IMG/VR virus record: IMGVR_UViG_3300011114_000773
Coordinates: 1-64,000 of that record
DNA length: 64,000 bases
From: a virus
Strand: one strand, 5' to 3'
Numbering within the stretch: position 1 is the stretch's first letter; every line of letters starts with the position of its first letter. Shown piece by piece: positions 17,947-26,806 of the stretch. Made by a program: the position numbers and the translations under genes. The notes beneath the pieces are model-generated. The model was not told the origin of the DNA, made no database searches, and saw only the letters and a list, made by a program, of their open reading frames with translations.

Positions 17947-18381
17947 TTATAGCCTTTCGGAGTCTTTCCACATGGTTTTTCTATTAATCTTAACTATTAA
18001 ATTTTCCAATATTTCTAGTGCTTGATACAAACCCGCTCTGTCGTCTAGCAAGAGATTAAAGAAAATCTTGCCGTTCTTTCCAAATGGCGTGTCGATTACG
18101 TTTTCGTTAATTCCGTTAATCTCGATGTCCATCTCAGACTTAAAATAATCACGAATGAACCCATAACGACTAGTCGGAGACGCAGTAAAACAAACTATAA
18201 AAAAATCTAATCTTTTGCATTCAGACATGATGAATTTGATTCGACTATACCCCGTGTCTGGATAATTATGATAATTGAAGACGGTATCGTCAAAACCCAC
18301 AGCGACAATTAGCCTTGGATGTTTTTTATATTCAGCGTAAAGTCTATCTACGCATCTGTCAGTACGTTCAAATGGATTCAT
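17947..18381 (-). CDS. HAD-like protein (motif I Asp replaced by Gly)
   Basis: IVAVGFDDT, FTA, INEN, K, LLDDRAG. Confidence 0.65.
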   Translation of the reverse strand: MNPFERTDRCVDRLYAEYKKHPRLIVAVGFDDTVFNYHNYPDTGYSRIKFIMSECKRLDFFIVCFTASPTSRYGFIRDYFKSEMDIEINGINENVIDTPFGKNGKIFFNLLLDDRAGLYQALEILENLIVKINRKTMWKDSERL

Positions 18382-18382
18382 A

Positions 18383-18835
18383 TTATGCCTGTCGTTCGAG
18401 GAGGAATACAAGCCCTCGCGCATACTTCAAGATTTGCTTTTGAGTGGGCGAATCACTAAGATTGTGAAGCATATCCGCGATTTTAACTCTTCTGGCTATT
18501 TCGTTTTCGCGAACGCCTTCGAGGTACGCCTCGTAAGAGCAGTCTCCTGTTTTCGTGAGCAGTGCTACCGCATCTACTACCGGATTAGGCACTCCGAAAT
18601 GGAGTAGCGCGGCCTGCGTTACATCAGTATCTTCTAGCACGTCATGCAACCAACCAGCAGCCCTTACGAAATCGACTTCTGCCGCCAACTTTTTCACGAC
18701 GGCTTCTGGATGAGTAATGTAGGGAGTTACTCTATCGCGCCGGAATTGATTAGCGTGAGCCTTTCTTGCTATATGTTCTGCCAGCGCGACAATCCCACCA
18801 GCCACGGCTGTACTGGTTAGCTTCTCTTCACTCAT
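18383..18835 (-). CDS. HD-domain small alarmone hydrolase (Mesh1/SpoT-HD-like)
   Basis: H..Q.R...PYITHP, LHDVLEDT, VK.AD..HN. Confidence 0.85.
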   Translation of the reverse strand: MSEEKLTSTAVAGGIVALAEHIARKAHANQFRRDRVTPYITHPEAVVKKLAAEVDFVRAAGWLHDVLEDTDVTQAALLHFGVPNPVVDAVALLTKTGDCSYEAYLEGVRENEIARRVKIADMLHNLSDSPTQKQILKYARGLVFLLERQA

Positions 18836-18837
18836 AA

Positions 18838-19092
18838 TTAATATATCCTATCCACTTCAAAACATTCCTCAAATGCCTCTGCGTCACCCAAATGAAAATC
18901 CGCGAATAATAGAACCACAAAGTCACTAGTGTCTATGTGACAAGAGTGAGTATATGACCCGACCTTCATGCCTATCCTATCGTCCTTAACCACGCGATAG
19001 AACTCAGCGTCATTAGGAACCATGATACCTCGCGAAGAAAGCTCAAGTCTGACCCGAGTAGCTGCCGCTTGATTTTTAGTAAGACGCTTCAT
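18838..19092 (-). CDS. hypothetical protein
   Basis: ORF in operon. Confidence 0.45.
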   Translation of the reverse strand: MKRLTKNQAAATRVRLELSSRGIMVPNDAEFYRVVKDDRIGMKVGSYTHSCHIDTSDFVVLLFADFHLGDAEAFEECFEVDRIY

Positions 19093-19948
19093 GTATGTTA
19101 AATTTATCGCCATATTTGCGACGATTTTCGATTATGTATTCTCGCGACATAAGACTATCAGTGGTCCAAATATAATCTATGCCATTATCATATAAATGCT
19201 GAATCCCACGAGAAAAAATGCCATGAGTAACATATAAATGAATGACAGATGCGCCCTTTGCTCGTAGGACTTTCGCTAATTCAATGAATGTGGCACCACC
19301 GTCGCATATATCGTCAACGATACATACTTGCCGACCGAGAATCGGTTCGTCTTCGTGGACCTCGGTCTTGATTATTTTTCCGGTAGATAAATCTCGGACC
19401 TTCTCGCAGCGAACAAAGCTATTATATTTAACACTGGCAGCGAGTTTCGCGACCTTCTTACTCGCTCCGTCGTCTGGACTGACAAGAAGCGGTTTATCAT
19501 CGACATAAAGGAATAGCCTTTGGAGATTATAGAAGCAATGAATTATTTTCTCTTGGGAAATAACTTTTACGTTATTAATGAGGGCCGGTGCGACATTGCT
19601 ATGCGGGTCCATGACCTCTACCTCGTCAAAGCTAAGAAAGTTTAAGTAATCGCAAAAGACCTTCAAACTAAAAGCTTCGCCTTCATCGCACACCCTATCC
19701 TGCCTAGCGTATGGTATATATGAGAGTTTTAAATAAGATTGCTTTTGGCCGAATTGCCTTTTTGCCGCGTCTTTAACCATCGCTAATTCGATTAAGTCAT
19801 GCGCCGATTTTGCTTTTAGCGTAAAAGTCAAGCAGTTTATAGGGCCATACTCCGACTTGTCGAATTTAATTCCGACTTCTCCTCCGGGGAAGACGAATGA
19901 TTTAAACCGACATACTTTATCGAAGTGTGTAACTGTGATATTGCTCAT
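19076..19948 (-). CDS. prs: ribose-phosphate pyrophosphokinase-like (Adps of NARP1)
   Basis: FPGGE, YIPYARQDR, DPHS, SPD.GA, K.R, IVDDICDGGATF, THGIFS. Confidence 0.9.
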   Translation of the reverse strand: MSNITVTHFDKVCRFKSFVFPGGEVGIKFDKSEYGPINCLTFTLKAKSAHDLIELAMVKDAAKRQFGQKQSYLKLSYIPYARQDRVCDEGEAFSLKVFCDYLNFLSFDEVEVMDPHSNVAPALINNVKVISQEKIIHCFYNLQRLFLYVDDKPLLVSPDDGASKKVAKLAASVKYNSFVRCEKVRDLSTGKIIKTEVHEDEPILGRQVCIVDDICDGGATFIELAKVLRAKGASVIHLYVTHGIFSRGIQHLYDNGIDYIWTTDSLMSREYIIENRRKYGDKFNIHEASY

Positions 19949-19980
19949 GCAAAAGACTCTATACGCTCTTTTCCAGTAAG

Positions 19981-20385
19981 TCAAGACGATAGTTTCGCCT
20001 CGCGCATTAGATGAGGATGCTCATGGATATTTCCGACCACTTCGATATCCCACACTCCTGATATCCTAGGCCTCTCGAAACGGTGCCCACCAAGCGCAGG
20101 ATAAAAACTATATCGAAAGCAGGCGTCTTCAGGGTCATAATAAACAATTGCCTTATAATAAAATCCTATCTTATCGCTCCAGCTATCGAAACTCTTGACG
20201 GATAAGATGTCCCTTTCGCAAATCTCGTTTCCGTTTTTGTCCAATCGACCAGTGTATTGAGAGTAAACATAATTGTCTTCATCGAGACAAATAGATACAA
20301 TGCGAACACCGCTTGGGCTAATGAATAATGGAGCAGACCATGCTTTCGTGGATAAATTCCAAACTCTAAATTTTAACTCGCGCAT
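19981..20385 (-). CDS. YopX family protein
   Basis: MRELKFRVW...QYTG..DKNG.EI.E.DI...VVGNIHE. Confidence 0.85.
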   Translation of the reverse strand: MRELKFRVWNLSTKAWSAPLFISPSGVRIVSICLDEDNYVYSQYTGRLDKNGNEICERDILSVKSFDSWSDKIGFYYKAIVYYDPEDACFRYSFYPALGGHRFERPRISGVWDIEVVGNIHEHPHLMREAKLSS

Positions 20386-20394
20386 AATTTGATT

Positions 20395-20628
20395 TCAGTC
20401 GATGTCTCCATGACCGTCATTGCCGCGATACGTATAAAAATCCTCTTTACTTACAAGCTCTTCGCTCAAAACGAACGACGACCCGACGAGGGTATTCCGA
20501 GCATACCTCGAACGAAGCTTTCCTTTCATTACTGACGAGTCGAGAGTGTATTTGCCATCCTTTTGCCTAGTGAACCGAGCGCCGTCTGATTTGCGGTAAA
20601 TGTATTTGGGAGAGTCTAACTTTTTCAT
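20395..20628 (-). CDS. hypothetical protein
   Basis: ORF; start trimmed to MKKLDS. Confidence 0.45.
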   Translation of the reverse strand: MKKLDSPKYIYRKSDGARFTRQKDGKYTLDSSVMKGKLRSRYARNTLVGSSFVLSEELVSKEDFYTYRGNDGHGDID

Positions 20629-20629
20629 A

Positions 20630-21025
20630 TTATTTGGGGAGTGAAGATTCTTTTCTCCATACTCTATATGAGTCATCATCTCTATGGAAAGTACTGAACT
20701 CTATAATATCAGAATCTTCAATAGCTTCGACTTCATGTGGAACGAGCCTTCCAATTTCGATACAGTCTCCAGCTTCTAAAACTCCATGATGGAGGGAGGC
20801 ATCGGTTGTGTCTATGAGCCAAAGATTCACCCGCCCCCTAGCCAAAAAAAAGGATTCCTGCTTTTCGCTGTGGAAATGGGCGCTGAACCTATGTCCCTTT
20901 TTAATATGTAAAATTTTTCCACAATAATTGTTCTTTTCATCATTAACGATGAAGTCCTCATACCCCCAAGGCTTCTCTACCCGTTTAATAGGGCCGCGCT
21001 TTAAAGAAGAAACTAGATTAGACAT
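20630..21025 (-). CDS. cupin (mannose-6-phosphate isomerase C-terminal-like)
   Basis: VEKPWG, S.HFH..K.E.F, H, EFST.H..DDSYR. Confidence 0.8.
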   Translation of the reverse strand: MSNLVSSLKRGPIKRVEKPWGYEDFIVNDEKNNYCGKILHIKKGHRFSAHFHSEKQESFFLARGRVNLWLIDTTDASLHHGVLEAGDCIEIGRLVPHEVEAIEDSDIIEFSTFHRDDDSYRVWRKESSLPK

Positions 21026-21168
21026 AGGTATTAAAAGTGTTGATGTAGTTAATAAACTGTTGCTCAAATTGACTTTCTTTCTTACGAATAGACTTATTCT
21101 GTCCATTTTGCCATACTCTCAATTATACAGAGGATAGCGTATCGAGAAATCCAAATCTCACACCCCCG

Positions 21169-21621
21169 CTACCTCGTCCCGGTGCTTCCAAATCCACCCT
21201 GTCCGCGCTCGCTACCGGAAAGCTCATGGACTTCTAGCATGTCACAAGTTAAATACGGCTCGATAATTAGTTGGGCAATTCTGTCGCCTTCTTTGACTTG
21301 AAAGAGGCTCCTCTTGTCGGTATTTAAAATAATAATTCCCACCTCTGCTCGGTATCCAGAGTCGATAACGCCAGCAAGAATATCAATGCCAAATTTAAAA
21401 GCCAAACCAGAGCGCGGCGCGATTCTGCCGTAGAATCCTTTGGGAATACTAAGGACTAGATTGGTAGGAATCAGACTTCTTTCTCCGGGTTCAATGAGAA
21501 TTCCACATTGCTGTGTAAGCGCCGCCTTTAAATCGTATCCAGCGTCCTCGCTCCTTTTCTCGGGTAGATAGAAGTTCCGTGATGGGTCTGCGCGTCTGAC
21601 AAAAAGTTGTGGGATTTCCAT
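21169..21621 (-). CDS. dut: trimeric dUTPase
   Basis: AGYDL, PRSGLA, GVIDSGYR, RIAQL, RG.GGFGSTG; leaderless promoter at 21628-21656. Confidence 0.95.
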   Translation of the reverse strand: MEIPQLFVRRADPSRNFYLPEKRSEDAGYDLKAALTQQCGILIEPGERSLIPTNLVLSIPKGFYGRIAPRSGLAFKFGIDILAGVIDSGYRAEVGIIILNTDKRSLFQVKEGDRIAQLIIEPYLTCDMLEVHELSGSERGQGGFGSTGTR

Positions 21622-21657
21622 ATAGGCATATTACCGAGACTTTACGAGAAAGTCAAC

Positions 21658-22032
21658 TCAAAAATAAACAATAACCGTGGGTTTTTTCTGTGCTTTAGCT
21701 ATCCGAAGAGAATCGGCAGAACCCTTAGACGCCCCATCCCAAAAACAAATGACCTCATCACACGCTGTAATTATGTCAGCATTTCTCTTGAACCCTGCGG
21801 AGCGCCCATGAGTTTTCCAATCAGGAAGGATTTCATTAAGAGAGATTAGATTATCTTTGGCGAAGCGAGCGCCCAGAGCGTCAGCGCCGACCGCGCCACC
21901 CGAGACTATAGAGTCCATCTTCCACTGAACGCTTCTTATTTGAGTATCCCATGCTCCATAGTGGTTGTTTATACTTCTATAAAGCAACTGGTAGTCGCTA
22001 AAAGAGCGAGAGCCTATAATTGCAAGTCTCAT
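21658..22032 (-). CDS. SLOG-superfamily (DUF2493/YspA-like) protein
   Basis: IIGSR.F, VSGGA.GAD, W..HGRSAG..RN, FWDG.S.G. Confidence 0.85.
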   Translation of the reverse strand: MRLAIIGSRSFSDYQLLYRSINNHYGAWDTQIRSVQWKMDSIVSGGAVGADALGARFAKDNLISLNEILPDWKTHGRSAGFKRNADIITACDEVICFWDGASKGSADSLRIAKAQKKPTVIVYF

Positions 22033-22256
22033 GTTGGAATTACCATATCAGCCACCTTAAGTTCAGCCATGCCGTATTCCAGCATCGCCAGAGCGACGTT
22101 CCGATTTCGCATCTGCGACCGTTCGCATTCACACGACGCTGTGAGGCCAGTAGGTATATGGGTTACTTTGACACCCAGCGGCATTGCGCCGCAATGTTGC
22201 CCGCCTTTTGGCGTATGACTGACTGTTTCGATTTTGAGATTTATGGGGTTTATCAT
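22029..22256 (-). CDS. minimal peptide-chain-release-factor (GGQ) domain protein
   Basis: GGQH...V.VTHIPTG...C..ERSQ..N...A...L; only 75 aa. Confidence 0.8.
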   Translation of the reverse strand: MINPINLKIETVSHTPKGGQHCGAMPLGVKVTHIPTGLTASCECERSQMRNRNVALAMLEYGMAELKVADMVIPT

Positions 22257-22280
22257 AGCTACAGACCGGGCTGTCCATGC

Positions 22281-22664
22281 CTAGTAAACTAAAGACTCAC
22301 TATATAGCCAGTCTTGTAGTTCGAGAATCTCTTCGGAGATTATCCCTGCTTGAACAGAGTCCACTTTGCTTGCGTCCTCGCACTTATCGTAGAAGCATAT
22401 ATAAAAGCGCAATCCTCCAAATTTTAATTTAATTTGGTGAATCTTGAAGTCGGGCATCGTCGTCTCAAGTTCGACTAGGAAATCATTAATTATCGCAGCC
22501 CAAGAATTTGGCGCATCAGCTAGTGCGAATCCATACCAACCCTTCTCTACGCGATAAGCCCACTTATGGAAGAGAATTATGTCGGTATTAAAACCGCCAG
22601 ACTTTTTCGCAATAGATAGTCCTGCGTATTTAGCCTTTAGACCTTTTACGAACCCTTTTTCCAT
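22281..22664 (-). CDS. hypothetical phage protein
   Basis: QIK.KFGGLRFY motif, which I recall from other phage hypotheticals. Confidence 0.6.
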   Translation of the reverse strand: MEKGFVKGLKAKYAGLSIAKKSGGFNTDIILFHKWAYRVEKGWYGFALADAPNSWAAIINDFLVELETTMPDFKIHQIKLKFGGLRFYICFYDKCEDASKVDSVQAGIISEEILELQDWLYSESLVY

Positions 22665-22888
22665 AAGATATTTTAGTATGACTGGCCGGTTAGTTTAACA
22701 CTTGAGGTAAGCCCTCGGACTTAGCCCGCACTATCTAATATCTACTATATTCTACACAGTGATATTAAACTAATCTAAGTTTTAAAGATTTTCTTTTTGT
22801 TCTCTTTTACTCAAGTCGTATGTAATAACATTACCCTCCTTTAGCTATCAAGGCAAGACAATTCTTCTAAATTAGTGTAAATATCAAT

Positions 22889-23332
22889 ATGGCTGCGTTA
22901 TTAACACCAGAACTATTGAGTCTGCTTTTCGGAAGCATTACTGGCTTTATTTTTAAAGCTATTGCTATTCGCGAACAGAATAAAGCCGCGCAGTTTGACA
23001 GGATGATGCGGGCCATAGACAAGGCCGACGACTCTGCCGACAAAGCAGCGAATCGAGATGGAGAATCTGGTAAGTGGGTCAGAAGAGTTATCGTCCTAAG
23101 TGTATTATTTGCAGTTATTTTAGCGCCATTCGTCTTAGCTCTTATGCACGAACCGACGGTCGCTCAGGTAGTTACTAAAACCCCATCTTATTTCTTCGGC
23201 CTTTTCGGAGGAAAAGACAAGGTAGCATTTGTTAAAATATACGGATACCTAATGATTCCAGAACTCAGGACATGCCTACTGGCCATCTGTGGATTTTATT
23301 TTGGACAAGCATCAGCAAAAGTAAACGGATAA
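22889..23332 (+). CDS. membrane protein, putative 3-TM holin
   Basis: Three hydrophobic segments, WVRR, C-terminal GFYFG; GTGTAA-N8-ATG. Confidence 0.6.
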   Translation: MAALLTPELLSLLFGSITGFIFKAIAIREQNKAAQFDRMMRAIDKADDSADKAANRDGESGKWVRRVIVLSVLFAVILAPFVLALMHEPTVAQVVTKTPSYFFGLFGGKDKVAFVKIYGYLMIPELRTCLLAICGFYFGQASAKVNG

Positions 23333-23335
23333 ATT

Positions 23336-23947
23336 ATGAAACTAATACCAATTATTGTATGTATATCTCTCCTGTTCGCCGTGGGCTGTAAAACGACAGA
23401 CGGGAAATCTCATGGGACTTTTGAGCCGTCTAGGATAATGGAGACTGGAGAGTTCACCTCGGAGCTAGGGGAAGAGGCTTCGGAAGGGGTCAGGATAGAC
23501 CTTGGTGCGGATAAGGTGTCAGGTATGGATTTGAAGACACAGGGCGACAATAGTAATAGCCCCAACAAGAGGCCGACAGTAAAAGTGTCCAAGACTATAA
23601 TATTCAGAGCCACGCCCGGAGCCACTGGCTCGACAGAACTTACTTATACAGAACCCGTAACTGCCGCGCAAGTTCGCGTAGAACAGGCGGGCAGACCAGA
23701 GTCCTTGGGAGAGAGAACTCTGAAGTATGGAATCGTCTGGATAGTAGTTCTCCTAGTCGCTTTTGGATTATTTAAGATATGGAGAGCCTTCCCTATTCCG
23801 AAATCTCCGTATCCAGACGTATTTAGACCAACTCCGATAGTCTCAGCAGACCTAAATCGCGTAGAAAAAGATGGAATTAGCCACGCCGCTCTGACCTCTG
23901 TTTATCCAGAAACGAATGCCGCAGGCCAACGAATGAGGGAGTTCTAG
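23336..23947 (+). CDS. lipoprotein with internal TM helix (possible unimolecular spanin)
   Basis: Lipobox FAVGC at aa 14-18; TM YGIVWIVVLLVAFGLF. Confidence 0.5.
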   Translation: MKLIPIIVCISLLFAVGCKTTDGKSHGTFEPSRIMETGEFTSELGEEASEGVRIDLGADKVSGMDLKTQGDNSNSPNKRPTVKVSKTIIFRATPGATGSTELTYTEPVTAAQVRVEQAGRPESLGERTLKYGIVWIVVLLVAFGLFKIWRAFPIPKSPYPDVFRPTPIVSADLNRVEKDGISHAALTSVYPETNAAGQRMREF

Positions 23948-24006
23948 GCTATCCTATTTTACCAGTCATCGTCTCTTCAAAAGTCAGATTCGGTCCATCC
24001 AGCGGA

Positions 24007-24294
24007 TTAGCACGATAGTATTTGCGGGATTTGCCTATTACCCTCAAGGGAAGAGCAGTAGCCAACAGAATTAGCAGGACTAATAATATCGCTACTTCTG
24101 AAGTCAACAGGAGGGAGGACGTTGATTTTGATGTCAGATTTTTGTTCATTTTTGAGAGGGGTGACTTTTTTGAGCACTAAAGCTAGATGGTTTTTTATCT
24201 CACGCGCCTGCTCGGGCGATAGGCCAGAGTTTGGATTATGATTTGCTAGCTCAAAGAATCCCTGCATCCAATAACAAAAGTTTATAGGTTCCAT
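24007..24294 (-). CDS. hypothetical phage protein
   Basis: FCYWMQGFFEL...IKNHL.LV. Confidence 0.6.
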   Translation of the reverse strand: MEPINFCYWMQGFFELANHNPNSGLSPEQAREIKNHLALVLKKVTPLKNEQKSDIKINVLPPVDFRSSDIISPANSVGYCSSLEGNRQIPQILSC

Positions 24295-24295
24295 A

Positions 24296-24892
24296 TTATT
24301 TCAAACTCACAAGATATCCGGCCTTAGACAGCTTTTTCCTGACAGCGAAAGCTCTGCTCATAACGGTTCCGACGGGACAACTCATAATGTCAGCTACTTC
24401 CTTATGACATAGTCCGTCAAGAAAGATTAAATCAAAAATCTGTCTCTGAGAGATAGAAAGCGTGGCCTTGGCCCTTTCTATTCCTTTCGCGATTGACTGC
24501 GCGGCGTCCGCATTCTCAGCCACCTGCGCCGGATTTGGAGTAGTCAAATCCTCTATATCGAAAGAAAAATCGGGGTCATCTAGTGATTGGCTATTGTTGA
24601 TACTAAGGTTCTTCCTCTCTGGCTCGCGCAAACCGTCATACGCTATGTTCCTAGCAATAGTGAACAGCCAAGTCTTAAACTTACAATTTCCCTTAAAATT
24701 GGCGGCGTGCTTGAATACCTTAAGAAAGGCCTTTTGCGCCGCGTCTTCCGCTTCGTGAAAGGAGAGGCGATAGCGAGAGGCTAGGAAGTCCCTCGTCGAT
24801 TCAAAATGTCGAGTATATAATACAGAGAAGGCCTCGTTACTGGAGGCCATCTCTGCTACTAACGACTCGTCGGTCAAAGAGTCGTAATCCAT
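24296..24892 (-). CDS. ECF-type RNA polymerase sigma factor
   Basis: AEDAAQKAFLK...F.G...FKTWLFTIARN; region 4 GL.H.EVA..M.CPVGTVMSR. Confidence 0.9.
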   Translation of the reverse strand: MDYDSLTDESLVAEMASSNEAFSVLYTRHFESTRDFLASRYRLSFHEAEDAAQKAFLKVFKHAANFKGNCKFKTWLFTIARNIAYDGLREPERKNLSINNSQSLDDPDFSFDIEDLTTPNPAQVAENADAAQSIAKGIERAKATLSISQRQIFDLIFLDGLCHKEVADIMSCPVGTVMSRAFAVRKKLSKAGYLVSLK

Positions 24893-24896
24893 ACTC

Positions 24897-25304
24897 TTAG
24901 AAGACAGGCTCTTCTGTGTCGGCGACCGGAGCCGCCTTGGCAGGCGAGGCGGGCCTAGTCGGTGCGGTAGTTTTGCCCGCGATAGCTCCCGTAGCACTAG
25001 CGGTCTTGCTAGACGCTGCTGCGGCCCCACCTTTCAATGCCTCAACGCGAAAGGCAGAAAGATTGTGGAAAACTCGGCCATTATACTCTCGGCCACGAAT
25101 AGAGAAGGAGACGTTCACTTCTTGTCCGGGCGCTACGCCATCAATAAGAGGTACAGATTTATTAACGAGTTCAAACTCGAACAACTGAGGATAATCCTCG
25201 ATTGACTTCAGTACAAATTTGCGCACTGAAATGCTTCCGCGTTGTGTCGGTTCTGCCTCGGCTGAGACGAGGTTTCCATTAATGGTGTATGAGTTGTTTT
25301 TCAT
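24897..25304 (-). CDS. DUF3127-like OB-fold single-stranded DNA-binding protein
   Basis: YPQ...FE...V.VSF.IRGREYNGR.F..L.A; Ala-rich linker; acidic tail DTEEPVF. Confidence 0.75.
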   Translation of the reverse strand: MKNNSYTINGNLVSAEAEPTQRGSISVRKFVLKSIEDYPQLFEFELVNKSVPLIDGVAPGQEVNVSFSIRGREYNGRVFHNLSAFRVEALKGGAAAASSKTASATGAIAGKTTAPTRPASPAKAAPVADTEEPVF

Positions 25305-25356
25305 AATGATTTGGTGTTTTTCTGTATAGTTATACTACTGTTTTTTAACCGAAAAG

Positions 25357-25638
25357 TCAAGAGAAATCACAGGTATGGCGACTTCTCCAGTCTGCTTTTC
25401 CACTTAGGATTTCCGACATTATTTGATAGATTGTCGTGCAAGATTCAACGCCGAAATTGGAGTCAGCGGTAGCTAATTTCTCGCGCCAGATTTCTTCGTT
25501 ATTAAACGATACGACTAGCAAATTAGGAAACACGATAAGACTCAGCCCTATCTCTCCAATATACAAATCGCAATCGACGGATTTCTCATGCGTGGCTGCT
25601 ATAAATTGCAATTCATTAACTAGAGATACAGTTATCAT
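25357..25638 (-). CDS. hypothetical protein
   Basis: ORF in operon. Confidence 0.45.
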   Translation of the reverse strand: MITVSLVNELQFIAATHEKSVDCDLYIGEIGLSLIVFPNLLVVSFNNEEIWREKLATADSNFGVESCTTIYQIMSEILSGKADWRSRHTCDFS

Positions 25639-25639
25639 T

Positions 25640-25852
25640 TTAGGGTTTTTCGCAGAAAGGCCCGTCCACTCCAAATAGCAGTTCGCGCATTCCTTTTAGG
25701 CAATGAGTAATCGCATCATCCCCTTCTCTAGTTAGATGACATTGACTATTCTGGTTAATTAACCCAATCATTTCGGTATCTTGAATCGCCGCCAGAAGAA
25801 TAGCTTGGTTTAATAACTGTTCAACAGACTCCCGTCGTTTCTCGTATTCCAT
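25640..25852 (-). CDS. hypothetical protein
   Basis: 70-aa ORF. Confidence 0.45.
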   Translation of the reverse strand: MEYEKRRESVEQLLNQAILLAAIQDTEMIGLINQNSQCHLTREGDDAITHCLKGMRELLFGVDGPFCEKP

Positions 25853-26072
25853 ATTTCAAGGCAAATTTATCCATCTCTTTTCGTTCAAAAGAGCATCTGG
25901 CATATAACGTAGAAAGCCCTTGATATAGGGCGTCAATTCGTCTAGCGTTCGGGACTGGGCAGTTTTCCTCCACGTCTATTTCCGACATCACTGCACGGAT
26001 GTTCTCGTTAAGCCATTCCCCTGACCTCTCTAAGACACCGTAAGAAGTTACCATTAGGGATACATCGTTCAT
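25821..26072 (-). CDS. hypothetical protein
   Basis: 83-aa ORF. Confidence 0.45.
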   Translation of the reverse strand: MNDVSLMVTSYGVLERSGEWLNENIRAVMSEIDVEENCPVPNARRIDALYQGLSTLYARCSFERKEMDKFALKYGIRETTGVC

Positions 26073-26099
26073 TATAGATGAGACTCTATCACCAATGGG

Positions 26100-26747
26100 C
26101 TATTCACTAGTTAGCACCATTTTCCAGTCTGGATGTCTATAGGAATCATTTGTGAATTTTCTGATAGCACTTATGGGCGTTGATTTTGGCTTGAAGGGCT
26201 GCCTGATTAGCGTTAGACCGGCTTCTTTAGGTGTCTTATTCGCTTTTGTAAAATTTAGCATTTTATCGCAGCATACCATATTCTCCCAAGTGTTTAGCCC
26301 ACCGCGAGAAACTGGAATGACGTGGTCGATATTAAGTTCGCTAACGTGTAGTCTCCTTCCGGTATATTGACAAGTATAATCATCTCTGTGGAAAAGATTG
26401 GATTTAGTCAACTTAGGCTCTCTCATAATCGTCTTGGCGAATTTGCGAGAAACGATTGTCGAAGGGATTCTTACCGGACCACGAACAGTTTTAATTGATA
26501 AATCGAAGTCTCTGACTGGTAGTTTTACCCATTCGCTCCACTCGACCAGTCTGAAATTCGTACAATTACTCGTGTCTATTGACCCATCTGCGAGTTCGCC
26601 GTAGGAAATCTCAAGAGCTAACCAACTAGGCTTTCCATCCTTAGAGCAGGAATTCATAGACACGAATGCGTCGGCGACAGATTTATATTCTATGTCGCGA
26701 TACACGGCGTCTAAGCACAAGACAACAATTTTATTTTCAATTCCCAT
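26100..26747 (-). CDS. HNH endonuclease
   Basis: RD.YTCQY...IDHVIP.SRGG..TWEN.V.C....N..K; leaderless promoter at 26754-26782. Confidence 0.9.
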   Translation of the reverse strand: MGIENKIVVLCLDAVYRDIEYKSVADAFVSMNSCSKDGKPSWLALEISYGELADGSIDTSNCTNFRLVEWSEWVKLPVRDFDLSIKTVRGPVRIPSTIVSRKFAKTIMREPKLTKSNLFHRDDYTCQYTGRRLHVSELNIDHVIPVSRGGLNTWENMVCCDKMLNFTKANKTPKEAGLTLIRQPFKPKSTPISAIRKFTNDSYRHPDWKMVLTSE

Positions 26748-26806
26748 AACGGTATTCTAAGGACGTAAGACGCAGAAGTCAAGAAAATTATTAACAAGCT
26801 AATATC

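Noticed and set aside
24893-25030. Arg/Pro-rich N-terminal extension of the ECF sigma ORF
   Set aside because: It is an alternative-frame read of the SSB-like gene's Ala-rich tail; the ATG at 24892 is the plausible start.
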